The notes: generated by a model not told the origin, from the letters alone. DNA of 64,000 nt from Nitrosopumilus sp. (GCA_965203315.1 OZ241857.1:928001-992000), one strand, 5' to 3'; shown: positions 38,835 through 48,934, counted from the first letter of the stretch. Made by a program: numbers and translations.

Positions 38835-41800
38835 TTATCGTATAGGAAGAATGCCTTGATCAGCAGCATACTGTAATGATCGAATAAAGACATCATCAGA
38901 GATGGTACCGTTGGACCACCAAGCAGCATTAGACTTGAGCCATGGAGGAATAGAGTAGACACTAGATGTCTTGGTAGTGCTGATAAATCCCGTAGTAACT
39001 AGATGATCCAAAATGTCTAGAAACTCAGAGTTTGGTAGTTTGCCCTGAGCCCACCACCCTGCATTGCTCTTGACCCATGTTGGAATAACCGGCTCACTGA
39101 CTAGAAATGATGTCGAGCCAGCAAGTACGTTATTGTAGTATAGTGATATCTGGTATGTACCTAAAGGCCAGACATTGCTTACAGATAGTGTAGCAACGTA
39201 TGCTCCACGGTTAGATACAGATAATGGAAAACGTTGATCAGTACCGTCTGGAAGAGCCACATTCACCTCTAACTTGCCAGTTGGTTGATGACCCACCAAA
39301 GTTCCAGACAGAGTCACTTCTACTGTACCAGATGTTATAGGACGTAGTATGGATTCGGGATTTACTTGAGGTGTGGTTAGAGCTTGAATAGGTTGAGCAG
39401 GATTGCTGCGTAGAACGCTAGACTTGCTTGGGTTACCAGAGCTGTCTCGTGCATCATAATATACGACATCTAGACTACCACCTGTAGGAGATATCAGTGC
39501 GGTACCATCTCGGTTACATATCTTGGTTGGTATCGAGAACGTTCCTTCAAAGGTGCCCGTACTGACATCAGTCTCAGTAAGTACAAATCCGGTCGCAGCG
39601 AGTCCACCATGCTGTACGCCACCTACAGAGCACCGCTTGTATCGTATATCTTTGAGCAAGATCTCTAAAAGAATCGTATCGTCTTCACCGACTGTGTCAA
39701 CGGCAGGAGAGTTTGGATCATCAACTACTGTATAATAGTCAACTCGATCTGAATGGATGTTTAGATCTGGATCATGTAATGTTACCACAGCTGTCTGACC
39801 AAATCTATACGACTTGGAGTTGATTGCAACAACTCCACTAGTTGTTCCAATCTCTGACTGTGATGATACTATGGACAACTTGCCTATCGCGCTTAGATCA
39901 GAGTACGATATCGTGATATCATCTTCGTCGATGATCACAAACTTGATCTCCGAGTCTATCGTTCTAATATTAGCAACATGATGTGTGGTTGCATGTGTCA
40001 ATACGATATACTCGAGTGTTCCTTCGAATCGAGAGGTATTGTCATCGGTCTCTTCTAGTTCGAATCGATATATCGAGTTGTTTGTGTCATCACCAAATGA
40101 GAATATGTCGATTGCAACATGTCGAGTATCGGTATATGGATCACTACTTGGATTACCCGTAAACTCGACTCCCAGATATACATCACCTGTACGTTGAGAT
40201 ATGTTGTTGACTGTGTCTTCGCTTAGACGAACTAGACCTTGTGGTGAGTTGACCGTAGTTAGAGGCATAGGAGTAGAGTCTCGGGTACCAAAGTATAGAA
40301 CAAAGTCGATATCGCCGGCAGTGTTAAAGATGCCTTCAAGAGATCGTACGTCATAGTTTAGCCATACTGCCCATGCATCAGAGTTGATCACAGATCGTAG
40401 TTGTGTAGCAGATATGCCAACATCTACGACCATCTGTGTAAATGCATCACCAGATGTACTAGATACACCAGATGTATCTAGAGATAGTATAGCAGACGAA
40501 GGGCTACGAATCACTGAAGGGACATAACGTTCGGTAGACTGTGACGAGAACCAGACATCAGATGCTCGATCTAGTGTGATAGGTTTACCTATACGTAGTG
40601 TTGGTAGATAAGGAGTGTTACGAAGATCCAATACATCTTGGGTTATAGGATTGGTGTTTCGATCTGGATCTGACAATGTGATACCGTACAGGATACCTGG
40701 CAACAACGAGTCACTAGTAATGTCTAACTTTTTTTGTAGTTGGATTCCAGCAGTAAACGACCCAGTCAATACATCAACCTTTTTGTCATTGTATTCAATA
40801 ACGGCAGCGTGTCCTCGAGGTGCATCAACACGAGTCTTGAGGTTTGAGCCCTTTTTACGATCTGTATTGTCAAATATTCCAGAATTGGGATCTTGTTCTA
40901 CAAGTGTGATAATGTCACTAAACGTTGTAGAACCATCAGTTATCTGTCTAGTAGGTTGTTTGGTATTGGATACAGTCTCGAGTATAGTACCGAGTTCTAT
41001 CTCGAGTAGTCCATTATCCACAAATCCAAGTTTATTCAGTGAACGCGATATATCAACAAGACCACTACCGCCGTTTGCAGCATTGTTACCTTTATCGTCA
41101 AATGCCCGGTAAAAGACAGATGGAGTAGAACCTACGCCAAAAGTCCAAGAGTCTTTGCTGGTCGGATCTTGATTTAGTTGAGGATCATGTATAGTTAGAT
41201 AGACATGTGCATTTGAAGGATAACGATCTCGATCGAGATCGTGTTTGATGTTAGGTATCTCGTCATGGTGTAGTGTAACTGTCTGTGATGCGCCACCTTT
41301 GCGGTATACAATATCAACCGTATCAAAGTCGTATAGTTGAACTAGTGGCCATGCATTTGGATCAAGCCCTATCTGACCAGACGGGACCAAACCGTTTAGG
41401 TTCATTGATGGTGGTCTCTGTAATACATTGTTGATCTTTGTGGACGCGGTTGGTGTACCGGTACACTTTGAGAACGACTCTTCGCCGTTTGTAAATCCAC
41501 TTAAACCGCCTGAACTTGGAACTGCAAACCCTTCTGTCTCACGCAGAGATATGCCAAATACAGATTGATCTGTATCTGCGCTACAAAAGACTCCAAAGTC
41601 TAAACCCTCTCCAGGTTTTGCGACTGTGCCGTCTGCAGCTTGGGCCATGTCAACATGTGCAAAGTATCCATACCAACTTCCATAAGCGCTTTGGGTCATC
41701 CGGAGTCTATCTCCGTTTATGGTAACGTGTGGCTCACCACTACTCTCACTAACCTCAGAGATATAGTGATCCTCAACGATGACCTCGATGATCATAGAGC

Positions 41801-41948
41801 CACCGATGTGGTTATCAAATTGAGGATTCTCAGCTGATACGTAGAGATTGGGGTTTGCGGCATCTACAGATATCGGATATGACATCATGGAGACGATTGA
41901 GACTAGTGATAACATCACAAGAGTCGTGGTCGAATTTTGGTGTAACAA
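38835..41948 (-). CDS. Large secreted S-layer-like protein with C-terminal IP.W.K.NA.WW domain
   Basis: Signal peptide, NPNLYVSAEN start, repeated ET....G.F.G and DPD.N motifs, two IP.W.KSNA.WW repeats typical of Nitrosopumilaceae exported proteins. Confidence 0.8.
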   Translation of the reverse strand: MLHQNSTTTLVMLSLVSIVSMMSYPISVDAANPNLYVSAENPQFDNHIGGSMIIEVIVEDHYISEVSESSGEPHVTINGDRLRMTQSAYGSWYGYFAHVDMAQAADGTVAKPGEGLDFGVFCSADTDQSVFGISLRETEGFAVPSSGGLSGFTNGEESFSKCTGTPTASTKINNVLQRPPSMNLNGLVPSGQIGLDPNAWPLVQLYDFDTVDIVYRKGGASQTVTLHHDEIPNIKHDLDRDRYPSNAHVYLTIHDPQLNQDPTSKDSWTFGVGSTPSVFYRAFDDKGNNAANGGSGLVDISRSLNKLGFVDNGLLEIELGTILETVSNTKQPTRQITDGSTTFSDIITLVEQDPNSGIFDNTDRKKGSNLKTRVDAPRGHAAVIEYNDKKVDVLTGSFTAGIQLQKKLDITSDSLLPGILYGITLSDPDRNTNPITQDVLDLRNTPYLPTLRIGKPITLDRASDVWFSSQSTERYVPSVIRSPSSAILSLDTSGVSSTSGDAFTQMVVDVGISATQLRSVINSDAWAVWLNYDVRSLEGIFNTAGDIDFVLYFGTRDSTPMPLTTVNSPQGLVRLSEDTVNNISQRTGDVYLGVEFTGNPSSDPYTDTRHVAIDIFSFGDDTNNSIYRFELEETDDNTSRFEGTLEYIVLTHATTHHVANIRTIDSEIKFVIIDEDDITISYSDLSAIGKLSIVSSQSEIGTTSGVVAINSKSYRFGQTAVVTLHDPDLNIHSDRVDYYTVVDDPNSPAVDTVGEDDTILLEILLKDIRYKRCSVGGVQHGGLAATGFVLTETDVSTGTFEGTFSIPTKICNRDGTALISPTGGSLDVVYYDARDSSGNPSKSSVLRSNPAQPIQALTTPQVNPESILRPITSGTVEVTLSGTLVGHQPTGKLEVNVALPDGTDQRFPLSVSNRGAYVATLSVSNVWPLGTYQISLYYNNVLAGSTSFLVSEPVIPTWVKSNAGWWAQGKLPNSEFLDILDHLVTTGFISTTKTSSVYSIPPWLKSNAAWWSNGTISDDVFIRSLQYAADQGILPIR

Positions 41949-42066
41949 TACATAATGAACGGTATAGGTTACACATAATAATTTCGTATGATTGATCTAC
42001 AAGGTTGAACACTAGATAAGAGTCCAAGTTGGCAAGAGTAAGCGTATATCGTGTATCATATGCCGC

Positions 42067-42136
42067 GTGTTGTGTATAGTGTGTTGTGTATAGTGTGTTG
42101 TGTATAGTGTGTTGTGTATAGTGTGTTGTGTATAGT
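42067..42136. repeat. Perfect tandem repeat, 5 x 14 bp (GTGTTGTGTATAGT)
   Basis: Five exact copies read directly in the divergent intergenic region. Confidence 0.95.
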
Positions 42137-42188
42137 GTATCATAGATCGTATTGTATCAGATATAACAGATCATGTAGATATAATATC

Positions 42189-43547
42189 ATGTATCATACA
42201 CTGTCTAGTAGAACTCGAGTACTAGAGATATCACTTGTGGCAATTGCCTCTGCATTTATAGTCGAGATGGTGTTTGGTATAACAGAAAACAGTCTTGCTC
42301 TGATCACAGACAGCATTCATGCGCTACTAGATGTCTTTGTGACGATAATACTCTTGATTGCAGTTAGAATGGCGTTAAAACCGCCCGATGCAGAACACAC
42401 CTATGGGCACGGCAAGGTCGAGTCACTGGGTGGACTGCTTGGAGGTATTGCTATTCTGCTGATCGCATGTTTCTTCATTTATGAGGCACTGACAAGAATT
42501 CAGAGTCCGCCACAAGTACTGCCGGGACTATACGCAGTGATAGCAGGAGTGTACACGATCGGAGTAGATATCTTTAGAATAGTTCTCCTCAAAAAAGTGA
42601 TAAAGAGTGTAGGAGGGGTAACACTCAAGGCCGACTTTTATCACGCGTTTATGGATCTAGGATCAACTCTGGTCGCGATCGCAGGAATAGTCTTGGTGTA
42701 TTATGGATTTACGTCTGGAGACTTTATAGCTGCGCTGATTCTAGGCGGACTGTTAGTTGCGCTGAGTATAAAGCTGGTATACAAGACTGCACTAGACCTG
42801 ACTGATGTCATATCACCGGCAATGGTAAAGAGAGTGAAAGAGATCACAACAGCCACTAGAGATGTCATAGATGTGGAACAGGTATTGATGAGGAGATCAG
42901 GCGACATAATATTTGCAGACATTACGATAACATTGAATGCTGATGTGACCTTTGATCAGGCACACGATACAGCAAGTAGGGTAGAAGAAAACATCAAAGA
43001 GATCATACCAAACTTGGCAGTTACGATCCACTTTGAACCGAGCTGGAAAGGAATACCTCCTACTGCCAAGATACTCGAGATAGCACAACGTGTCCAAGGA
43101 GTACGTGGCGTACATAACGTTAGTACACACAAGACTAGAGGAAAGATGTTCTCAGATCTACATGTAATGGTAGATCGAGATATAGATCTAAAGTCAGCAC
43201 ACAAGATATCAGAGACTGTCGAAGAAGATATCCATTCACAGATACCAGAGATCGAGCATACGACTATTCATCTAGAACCACATGTAACCATACCAGACAT
43301 ACTAAACATTGAGGACGCAGATGCACACACAAAGATTGAATCTATATTGTCATCGTATAGTCAAGTAAGAAGAGTTGGACGAATAGTCTCATTACGTTTT
43401 GAGAATATGCAAAAGATAGACATCGACTGCTCCTTTGATGGCAATACGTCAATAGAAGAGATTCATGATCTCACATCAGAGATCGAGCAGCAGATCAGAA
43501 CACAGATCAGAAATGCTGTAATCACCATTCATCCTGAACCAGAATAG
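42189..43547 (+). CDS. Cation diffusion facilitator with three C-terminal dimerisation domains
   Basis: SLALITDSIHALLD, PPDAEHTYGHGKVESL, ADFYHAFMD; three IH.EP-ending cytoplasmic domains; start placed at ATG 42189. Confidence 0.92.
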   Translation: MYHTLSSRTRVLEISLVAIASAFIVEMVFGITENSLALITDSIHALLDVFVTIILLIAVRMALKPPDAEHTYGHGKVESLGGLLGGIAILLIACFFIYEALTRIQSPPQVLPGLYAVIAGVYTIGVDIFRIVLLKKVIKSVGGVTLKADFYHAFMDLGSTLVAIAGIVLVYYGFTSGDFIAALILGGLLVALSIKLVYKTALDLTDVISPAMVKRVKEITTATRDVIDVEQVLMRRSGDIIFADITITLNADVTFDQAHDTASRVEENIKEIIPNLAVTIHFEPSWKGIPPTAKILEIAQRVQGVRGVHNVSTHKTRGKMFSDLHVMVDRDIDLKSAHKISETVEEDIHSQIPEIEHTTIHLEPHVTIPDILNIEDADAHTKIESILSSYSQVRRVGRIVSLRFENMQKIDIDCSFDGNTSIEEIHDLTSEIEQQIRTQIRNAVITIHPEPE

Positions 43548-43580
43548 ACCATCTAGTATCACAGCATTGTATTGTATATG

Positions 43581-43721
43581 AGACTGTATGCGTATTATTA
43601 AGAGTGCCCATGTCCTGTCATCAAATACGATAACAATTAATCGATCTGCCTCTAGAAATCACACCTGTGTTTTACTGTACCTTAAAATGTGCATATGATG
43701 TAAGAAATACGCATACAGTCT
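43581..43721. mobile_element. MITE, (T)AGACTG-ended family
   Basis: Perfect 16-bp TIR AGACTGTATGCGTATT / AATACGCATACAGTCT in a TA-rich context; right end recurs at 59000-59030. Confidence 0.8.
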
Positions 43722-43733
43722 ATATACAACTAT

Positions 43734-44066
43734 ATGGCACTTTACCAATTAATGTATCACGTCATGTCATTAAAACTTAAAATTGTGTATATCATAACTG
43801 CACTAGTATTTACATTAATTATTGTATTTATGCAAATTATATTTTATGACTCAAAAGACACTCCACAATTTTTAAGAGATATGAATTACACGATACGTTG
43901 TGATGAACGCTTTCTACAACATCCTATAAATTGTAGGATTGAAGATCAATTTGGCAACAAGATAACAGAAAAAACAATCAATAGTATGTCTTATGCTTGT
44001 TGGGTCAGACCACATAATAGTCACGATTATCTACCATGTATGATAGAAACCGGTAGCCCACCATGA
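43734..44066 (+). CDS. Orphan membrane-anchored hypothetical protein (4 Cys)
   Basis: AT-rich ORF, one N-terminal TM segment; start may be a later ATG (43752 or 43764). Confidence 0.6.
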   Translation: MALYQLMYHVMSLKLKIVYIITALVFTLIIVFMQIIFYDSKDTPQFLRDMNYTIRCDERFLQHPINCRIEDQFGNKITEKTINSMSYACWVRPHNSHDYLPCMIETGSPP

Positions 44067-44184
44067 TGCATACAAAAGGTATGATGTCAAGCTGCTACCG
44101 AGACTAGGCATTATTTGACATTATTCATATTGAACACTTTTCATGAAATCAACAATATACGCAAGCATGACTTTACGTTTTCCA

Positions 44185-44297
44185 GGATCTTTTCGATTTG
44201 CGTGGCATGGTGTTTCGCAAGGCCTTTTCTGTAATTTTCACTTATAGAATCTTGTGGTGTTTTCTGTAAACATTCGTTCCATGTAAATCAAAGATCC
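44185..44297 (+). mobile_element. MITE, GGATC-ended family, copy 4
   Basis: GGATCTTTTCGATTTGC...GTAAATCAAAGATCC; body matches the reverse complement of the 26013 copy. Confidence 0.8.
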
Positions 44298-44342
44298 GTC
44301 ACATAGATAATCTCGCCAAATCTTTGATTTGTTCTTGTCCAT

Positions 44343-45083
44343 TCATCGAGACTCTAACTCTTGTATTCTATCTTTAAGTTGATTCAGTTCATTCAAGGTT
44401 GAGTTGTACATGGACTGTAAATCATAGTATTGTGAGTATAGACCAGATATGGTATCTTGAGATTTATGATACTTGATATCTAAATCAGTATAGAGCTTCT
44501 CTAATTCTAATCGTTGTGTTTCGGTTGTATTTAGCTTAGACTTTAGAGATCTGTTATCGATTCTTAGATCCTTTCTATCATTTTTGCATACATGGAATTG
44601 TTCTTTCCATTTGTCCTTTAGGTCTTTGAGTTTATCTTTCTTGGTTTCAAATTTATCTATCTGAGTTTCAAGATTTGTGATATTTTCATTGGCAATTTGT
44701 AGTTTGGTTTTAGGTGTAGGTGGTGTAGTTACAATTACATCAAATGTGGTTGTTGCAGATATATTTCCATATGTTGTAATTAGAGCATATGTTCCATTTG
44801 TGCGAAATAGTCTACCGATGACAAATGTTTCCGCGTATGTTAGATTATTATCGTTGGTGATTTGACCCACATCAACTAACCTTTTGTCTGGCGATTCTAT
44901 TTTTATGGTAATAGCAGTACTTAGGTGATGGCCAATTACTGTTCCACGAATAAATATAGTGTCACTAGTGTGATATGTTGGTTGATCAGTTTTAACTGTC
45001 ATATAGTATGCGTCAACACTCTCTATTAGACCCATAACACCTATGAGACTTGCTACAATAATACTCCCAATTATAATTTTCAT
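44343..45083 (-). CDS. Secreted Ig-like + coiled-coil protein
   Basis: Signal peptide from ATG 45083 (MKIIIGSII), KTDQPTY..SDTI Ig-like domain as in the PEFG proteins, long heptad C-terminus. Confidence 0.8.
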   Translation of the reverse strand: MKIIIGSIIVASLIGVMGLIESVDAYYMTVKTDQPTYHTSDTIFIRGTVIGHHLSTAITIKIESPDKRLVDVGQITNDNNLTYAETFVIGRLFRTNGTYALITTYGNISATTTFDVIVTTPPTPKTKLQIANENITNLETQIDKFETKKDKLKDLKDKWKEQFHVCKNDRKDLRIDNRSLKSKLNTTETQRLELEKLYTDLDIKYHKSQDTISGLYSQYYDLQSMYNSTLNELNQLKDRIQELESR

Positions 45084-45092
45084 AAAAGAACT

Positions 45093-45103
45093 CCCCCCCC
45101 CCC
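45093..45103 (-). promoter_or_regulatory. G11 homopolymer between a TATA-like box and the start codon
   Basis: Minus strand reads TTTTAGTAAATGTTATA-G11-AGTTCTTTT-ATG. Confidence 0.6.
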
Positions 45104-45335
45104 TATAACATTTACTAAAAGGGAATGGAAGCAGACAAGTTGTGTTCACAGATGTCTCTTGCTTTGACGTCGGCGAATCCTCAAGTTCGTTGTCTAGTAC
45201 CGTCTCAACTTGTAAATCAAACGATCAAATAATTTACGCGAGAATATGCTTACATTGACCTTGCAAGAAATTTTTCAAAAACTTACAAACAATATTGCTA
45301 ACACAGTACAAGTTAAGAGATCTACGAGTACTGTC

Positions 45336-46586
45336 TCAGACCAATATGCTTGTAAGATACATCACGCCCATTCCAACCGCAATACCTGCAGGGATCGGAG
45401 CAGCAGACAAGAGTGGAGTCTCTCTGCGTATAGAGTTGAGCAGAACAAAGATCACTTGGAGTATTGCTCCTGTTCCGACACCCAAGAAGATCAATGCAGA
45501 GATAGGCGAATAGATGAATCCACCAACCCACGCACCAAATATTGCAGGTATGCCGGCAATCATACCAAATGCTATGAGTTTTGGAAGGATATTACGTTCA
45601 CGAGCAAGTGGTGCAGCAATAGCAATACCCTCGGTAGTGTTGTGTAGCGCAAACCCAACTATTAGAAATGTACTGAATGCTATCGATCCCAATCCTAGTG
45701 CAGCACCTATTGCCAATCCTTCACCAAAGTTGTGCAACCCTATACCTATCGATATCATCAGAGCCAAGACTATGGGGTTGACCGTACCGACTGCATTCGT
45801 TGTACCATATGGAACGTCTGTATCGATCGAGTCTTGTACATTTGTACTCGATGTGTTTGTACTCGATGTGTCTAGTGTACTAGTATCTTGTACACTTGTA
45901 CGACCTGAGAGCCTTGTACCGGCGTAACATAGTCCAAGAAAGCACAATACGATTGTAGTCGCAAGCAAGAGTACTGCATTGAATCCATTCAGTGTACTAG
46001 ATATGTTGAGCGCTTCCTCGACACTATCGAGTGCCAAGAATAACAAGAGTCCAGCAGTCAGTGCAAGAAAAAAGTGATATCTAGATCTACGAATTCTGCG
46101 GATGAATGGTAGCCATAATATTCCAATCATGACAGGGATGACTCCCACATATGTTCCAATTATTCCAAAAAAGATCACCATGTCCATAGTGACATCTACA
46201 CGAGGAGCAGCTGCTGCGATCTGTCGCTCAAATCTGGTACCATCATCGATTGTGACGCCTATTGTGTATGGCTCGGCTACATTCCAATCAAATGGAATTC
46301 GCACCAGAGCTGTCTCAAACCTATCAAGAGTAGAATCGGGTTCTACTGCTGCAGGATGAATCCTATCGTTGATATCGGCCATTACGATATCTACCTGTAT
46401 TGGCCCGATGTTGCGTACCAAGACATGTACCTCATAGTCTACAAACTCGACCTGTTCTATTGCGATCTCTGGTAGCGGTACACCAAGATCCAACAGCTCT
46501 GATCCAGGTCCAAAGATATACACCAACATGAGTACCACTAGACCAAACGGTGCAAGTCCACTTGCGATCAGTCTCGCACTAGCCAT
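45336..46586 (-). CDS. ZIP family divalent metal transporter
   Basis: GIGLHNFGEGLAIG and ALHNTTEG signature helices. Confidence 0.92.
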   Translation of the reverse strand: MASARLIASGLAPFGLVVLMLVYIFGPGSELLDLGVPLPEIAIEQVEFVDYEVHVLVRNIGPIQVDIVMADINDRIHPAAVEPDSTLDRFETALVRIPFDWNVAEPYTIGVTIDDGTRFERQIAAAAPRVDVTMDMVIFFGIIGTYVGVIPVMIGILWLPFIRRIRRSRYHFFLALTAGLLLFLALDSVEEALNISSTLNGFNAVLLLATTIVLCFLGLCYAGTRLSGRTSVQDTSTLDTSSTNTSSTNVQDSIDTDVPYGTTNAVGTVNPIVLALMISIGIGLHNFGEGLAIGAALGLGSIAFSTFLIVGFALHNTTEGIAIAAPLARERNILPKLIAFGMIAGIPAIFGAWVGGFIYSPISALIFLGVGTGAILQVIFVLLNSIRRETPLLSAAPIPAGIAVGMGVMYLTSILV

Positions 46587-47607
46587 ACGTCGACTCCGTA
46601 CTGTTCTTTACAAGAAACATTCCAACCCATCCCTTCTCTGAAAACTCGACCTTGTGTGCATGAAAGAGATATCTACCAGGATATGTATACTCGAACTCCA
46701 TTATGCCACGCTCAGTCTGTGAGAGTGTTATCATATCTGTATAAAATGATGGAACGAGATCAGTTCCGGTCGGATAATACTTGTATAGATTTCCATGTAG
46801 ATGAAAGTTGTTTATCGGATCAAACTCGACCATATTTACCACATAGATACGAATCAGCTCGCCTGTGTTGATCTGAATTGGATGATGTTGATAATAGAAT
46901 GGAATCGTATTTGCAGCATATAGATTGTTCTCCATATCAAAGTCTGTATCAAACGAGTTTAGTACCATGACCATCTCGTCTGCAGGCTCACGTCCTTCTT
47001 TGGGATCTATGATCAGTACTCCATACAGTCCGTGTCCAATGTGCTCCTCGAGAGGCATTATATGACAGTGGTACGGATGAACGCCTACAGGAGCTGCTTC
47101 AAACTCGTAGATAAACTCGCCACCACCTTGACCCACCGTCTCAAATACACCATCCATCTCGGCAGGGTGTATTCCGTGAAAGTGTATTGTGTGTGGTTTG
47201 GAACCGTTGTTGATAAACTTGATTCGTAATAGATCGCCTTCGGTTGCACGTAGAGTTGGACCTGGAACTGTTCCATTAAACGTCCATACATTGTAAAATA
47301 TGCCAGGCGCGATCTCTTGTATCTGATCATCTCTGGCGACAATAGTATACTCACGTATGGTCTGACCGGTATCAGATACAGACTGTACTCCATACTCAAA
47401 GTTTCTCAAGTATTGATCTGGATCAAACTCGACTGTCGATACTGTGTACAGTGGATCTATGACGTCCCCCGAGGTTTTTACCACTGCGCCAGTATGGGTT
47501 ACAAACGTCTTTTCCACTTGAGCTTGGCCAAACATTGGGAGTACAACCATAGCAGTGATCGATACTAAAACCAATACTCCCAGTACCAGTACTGATCTAG
47601 ATTGCAT
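46579..47607 (-). CDS. Two-domain multicopper oxidase
   Basis: HTIHFHG, YHCH....H....L (type 1 Cu site in domain 1), FHLHG, FHAH; N-terminal membrane anchor. Confidence 0.9.
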   Translation of the reverse strand: MQSRSVLVLGVLVLVSITAMVVLPMFGQAQVEKTFVTHTGAVVKTSGDVIDPLYTVSTVEFDPDQYLRNFEYGVQSVSDTGQTIREYTIVARDDQIQEIAPGIFYNVWTFNGTVPGPTLRATEGDLLRIKFINNGSKPHTIHFHGIHPAEMDGVFETVGQGGGEFIYEFEAAPVGVHPYHCHIMPLEEHIGHGLYGVLIIDPKEGREPADEMVMVLNSFDTDFDMENNLYAANTIPFYYQHHPIQINTGELIRIYVVNMVEFDPINNFHLHGNLYKYYPTGTDLVPSFYTDMITLSQTERGIMEFEYTYPGRYLFHAHKVEFSEKGWVGMFLVKNSTESTYG

Positions 47608-47640
47608 ACGTCATGTGTCACATGCTGTCTTTATTTAAAT

Positions 47641-47708
47641 TTTAAACCAAAGCTAACTTTTTTAGACTAGGCTAAATTCAATCAGACTCTGATTAGATTT
47701 AAACTAAA
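47641..47708. promoter_or_regulatory. Putative DtxR/MntR-family operator boxes
   Basis: Near-palindrome TTTAGACTAGGCTAAA (47661-47676) flanked by weaker TTTAAACCAAAGCTAA and TTAGATTTAAACTAAA, upstream of the MCO-ZIP pair. Confidence 0.5.
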
Positions 47709-47711
47709 GTT

Positions 47712-48224
47712 GTGTCGAGGAGTATTGTGCCAAAGTCCGGAGCATTACTTGTTGTATCAGGTGTATTGATCGTTGCAGGATTGGTGCTACTAGTGGTAGC
47801 GAATCAGGTATTACTTGAAGGAGTATATCAAGGCGAGGGACTGATACAAGAAGGACAAGATCTGAACATACAAGGCGAGTTTGAACAAGGAGTTGGTGTG
47901 TACACAGTTCAGATAGTAGGGTTTAGTGCAGATACATTTCAGGTTCGAATCTTGGATCCACGAGATGATGCCATCACGTCACATTATATCGACAGAGAGA
48001 TAATCGAAGAAGAGTTTGTGATAGAGTCGCCCGGCACATACACCATGATAATATCTAGTGTACAGGATACAGAGACGCAGATATTTGCAGCAATAGGTCC
48101 ACTACCAGATGCAAACAAAAAGGTTCTAGGGTTTCTATCAATCTATGTTCTAATAGCTGGAATGTTGATGTTGGTGATATCAGCTGTGTTCGAAGTGATG
48201 CGTAGAAGGAGTAGATCAGTTTAG
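47712..48224 (+). CDS. Hypothetical membrane protein
   Basis: N- and C-terminal TM helices around a beta-rich domain. Confidence 0.7.
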   Translation: MSRSIVPKSGALLVVSGVLIVAGLVLLVVANQVLLEGVYQGEGLIQEGQDLNIQGEFEQGVGVYTVQIVGFSADTFQVRILDPRDDAITSHYIDREIIEEEFVIESPGTYTMIISSVQDTETQIFAAIGPLPDANKKVLGFLSIYVLIAGMLMLVISAVFEVMRRRSRSV

Positions 48225-48527
48225 AAAGCTGTCCATCGTCTCTAGACTACTTATCGCTGCATCAAAGTTTTCTCCATCTTCTACTATCGAGTTGAGTTTG
48301 TCCAAGTCGGCGTGAATCATGGATCTACCATCGGTTGTATCGTGGTGGATAAAGTTGTGTTCGATCAGATAGTCTAGTCGTTCTAGTACTTCAGACTCTG
48401 ATATCGATGACTCTTCTGCCAGTGTACTACACTCTTTTGGTCCGTCCTCGAGAGCAGCTAGAATCTCAGATGTTACTGGATCAAACATGCAATCCACTAG
48501 TTTTGCTCGATCTGGTATCTCGGTCAT
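48216..48527 (-). CDS. ArsR-like winged-helix protein
   Basis: DPVTSEILAALEDGPKECSTLAEESSISESEVLERLDYLIEHNFI HTH pattern. Confidence 0.75.
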   Translation of the reverse strand: MTEIPDRAKLVDCMFDPVTSEILAALEDGPKECSTLAEESSISESEVLERLDYLIEHNFIHHDTTDGRSMIHADLDKLNSIVEDGENFDAAISSLETMDSFLN

Positions 48528-48590
48528 TTTTTTGTAGTGTGTGTCTAGATGATTTATAACTTTTTAAGAAGACGAACGAATCGTCAAACT

Positions 48591-48743
48591 ATGCAAGCCA
48601 TGTGTCTCTTTGATCCGTCTGGAAGAGGTAGACACTGCTATTGTATCGAGATCGATATAGCTAGAGGAGTCAAAGCTTGTTGTAGATGCAAGCGATGGAA
48701 TATCGATGGAAATAACTGGACCAAAGACTCTGACTATGTATGA
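48591..48743 (+). CDS. Small Cys-rich protein (50 aa)
   Basis: C...HCYC...CCRC; TATA-like TTTTTAAG about 25-30 bp upstream. Confidence 0.5.
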   Translation: MQAMCLFDPSGRGRHCYCIEIDIARGVKACCRCKRWNIDGNNWTKDSDYV

Positions 48744-48758
48744 GATGTATAGAATATC

Positions 48759-48934
48759 GGTTCTGTTCATTTGACGGGGTTGAGATCGCGATGACGTTAT
48801 CTTAAAGAACGCCCAATATGAGACTCAAAACAGTAGGCAATTTACGATAGTGGAGATGAGATCTTTTCCATATTTGCAAAATTTTTCAAGAATTTTGTGC
48901 AGAAAATGCCAACCACCGTCAAATGAACAGAACA
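48759..48934 (+). mobile_element. MITE, GGTTCTGTT-ended family, copy 1
   Basis: TIR GGTTCTGTTCATTTGACGG / CCGTCAAATGAACAGAAC; full-length inverted homolog at 63735-63909. Confidence 0.88.

Noticed and set aside
42067-42136. Possible CRISPR array
   Set aside because: The units are 14 bp and contiguous with no spacers, so this is a minisatellite.
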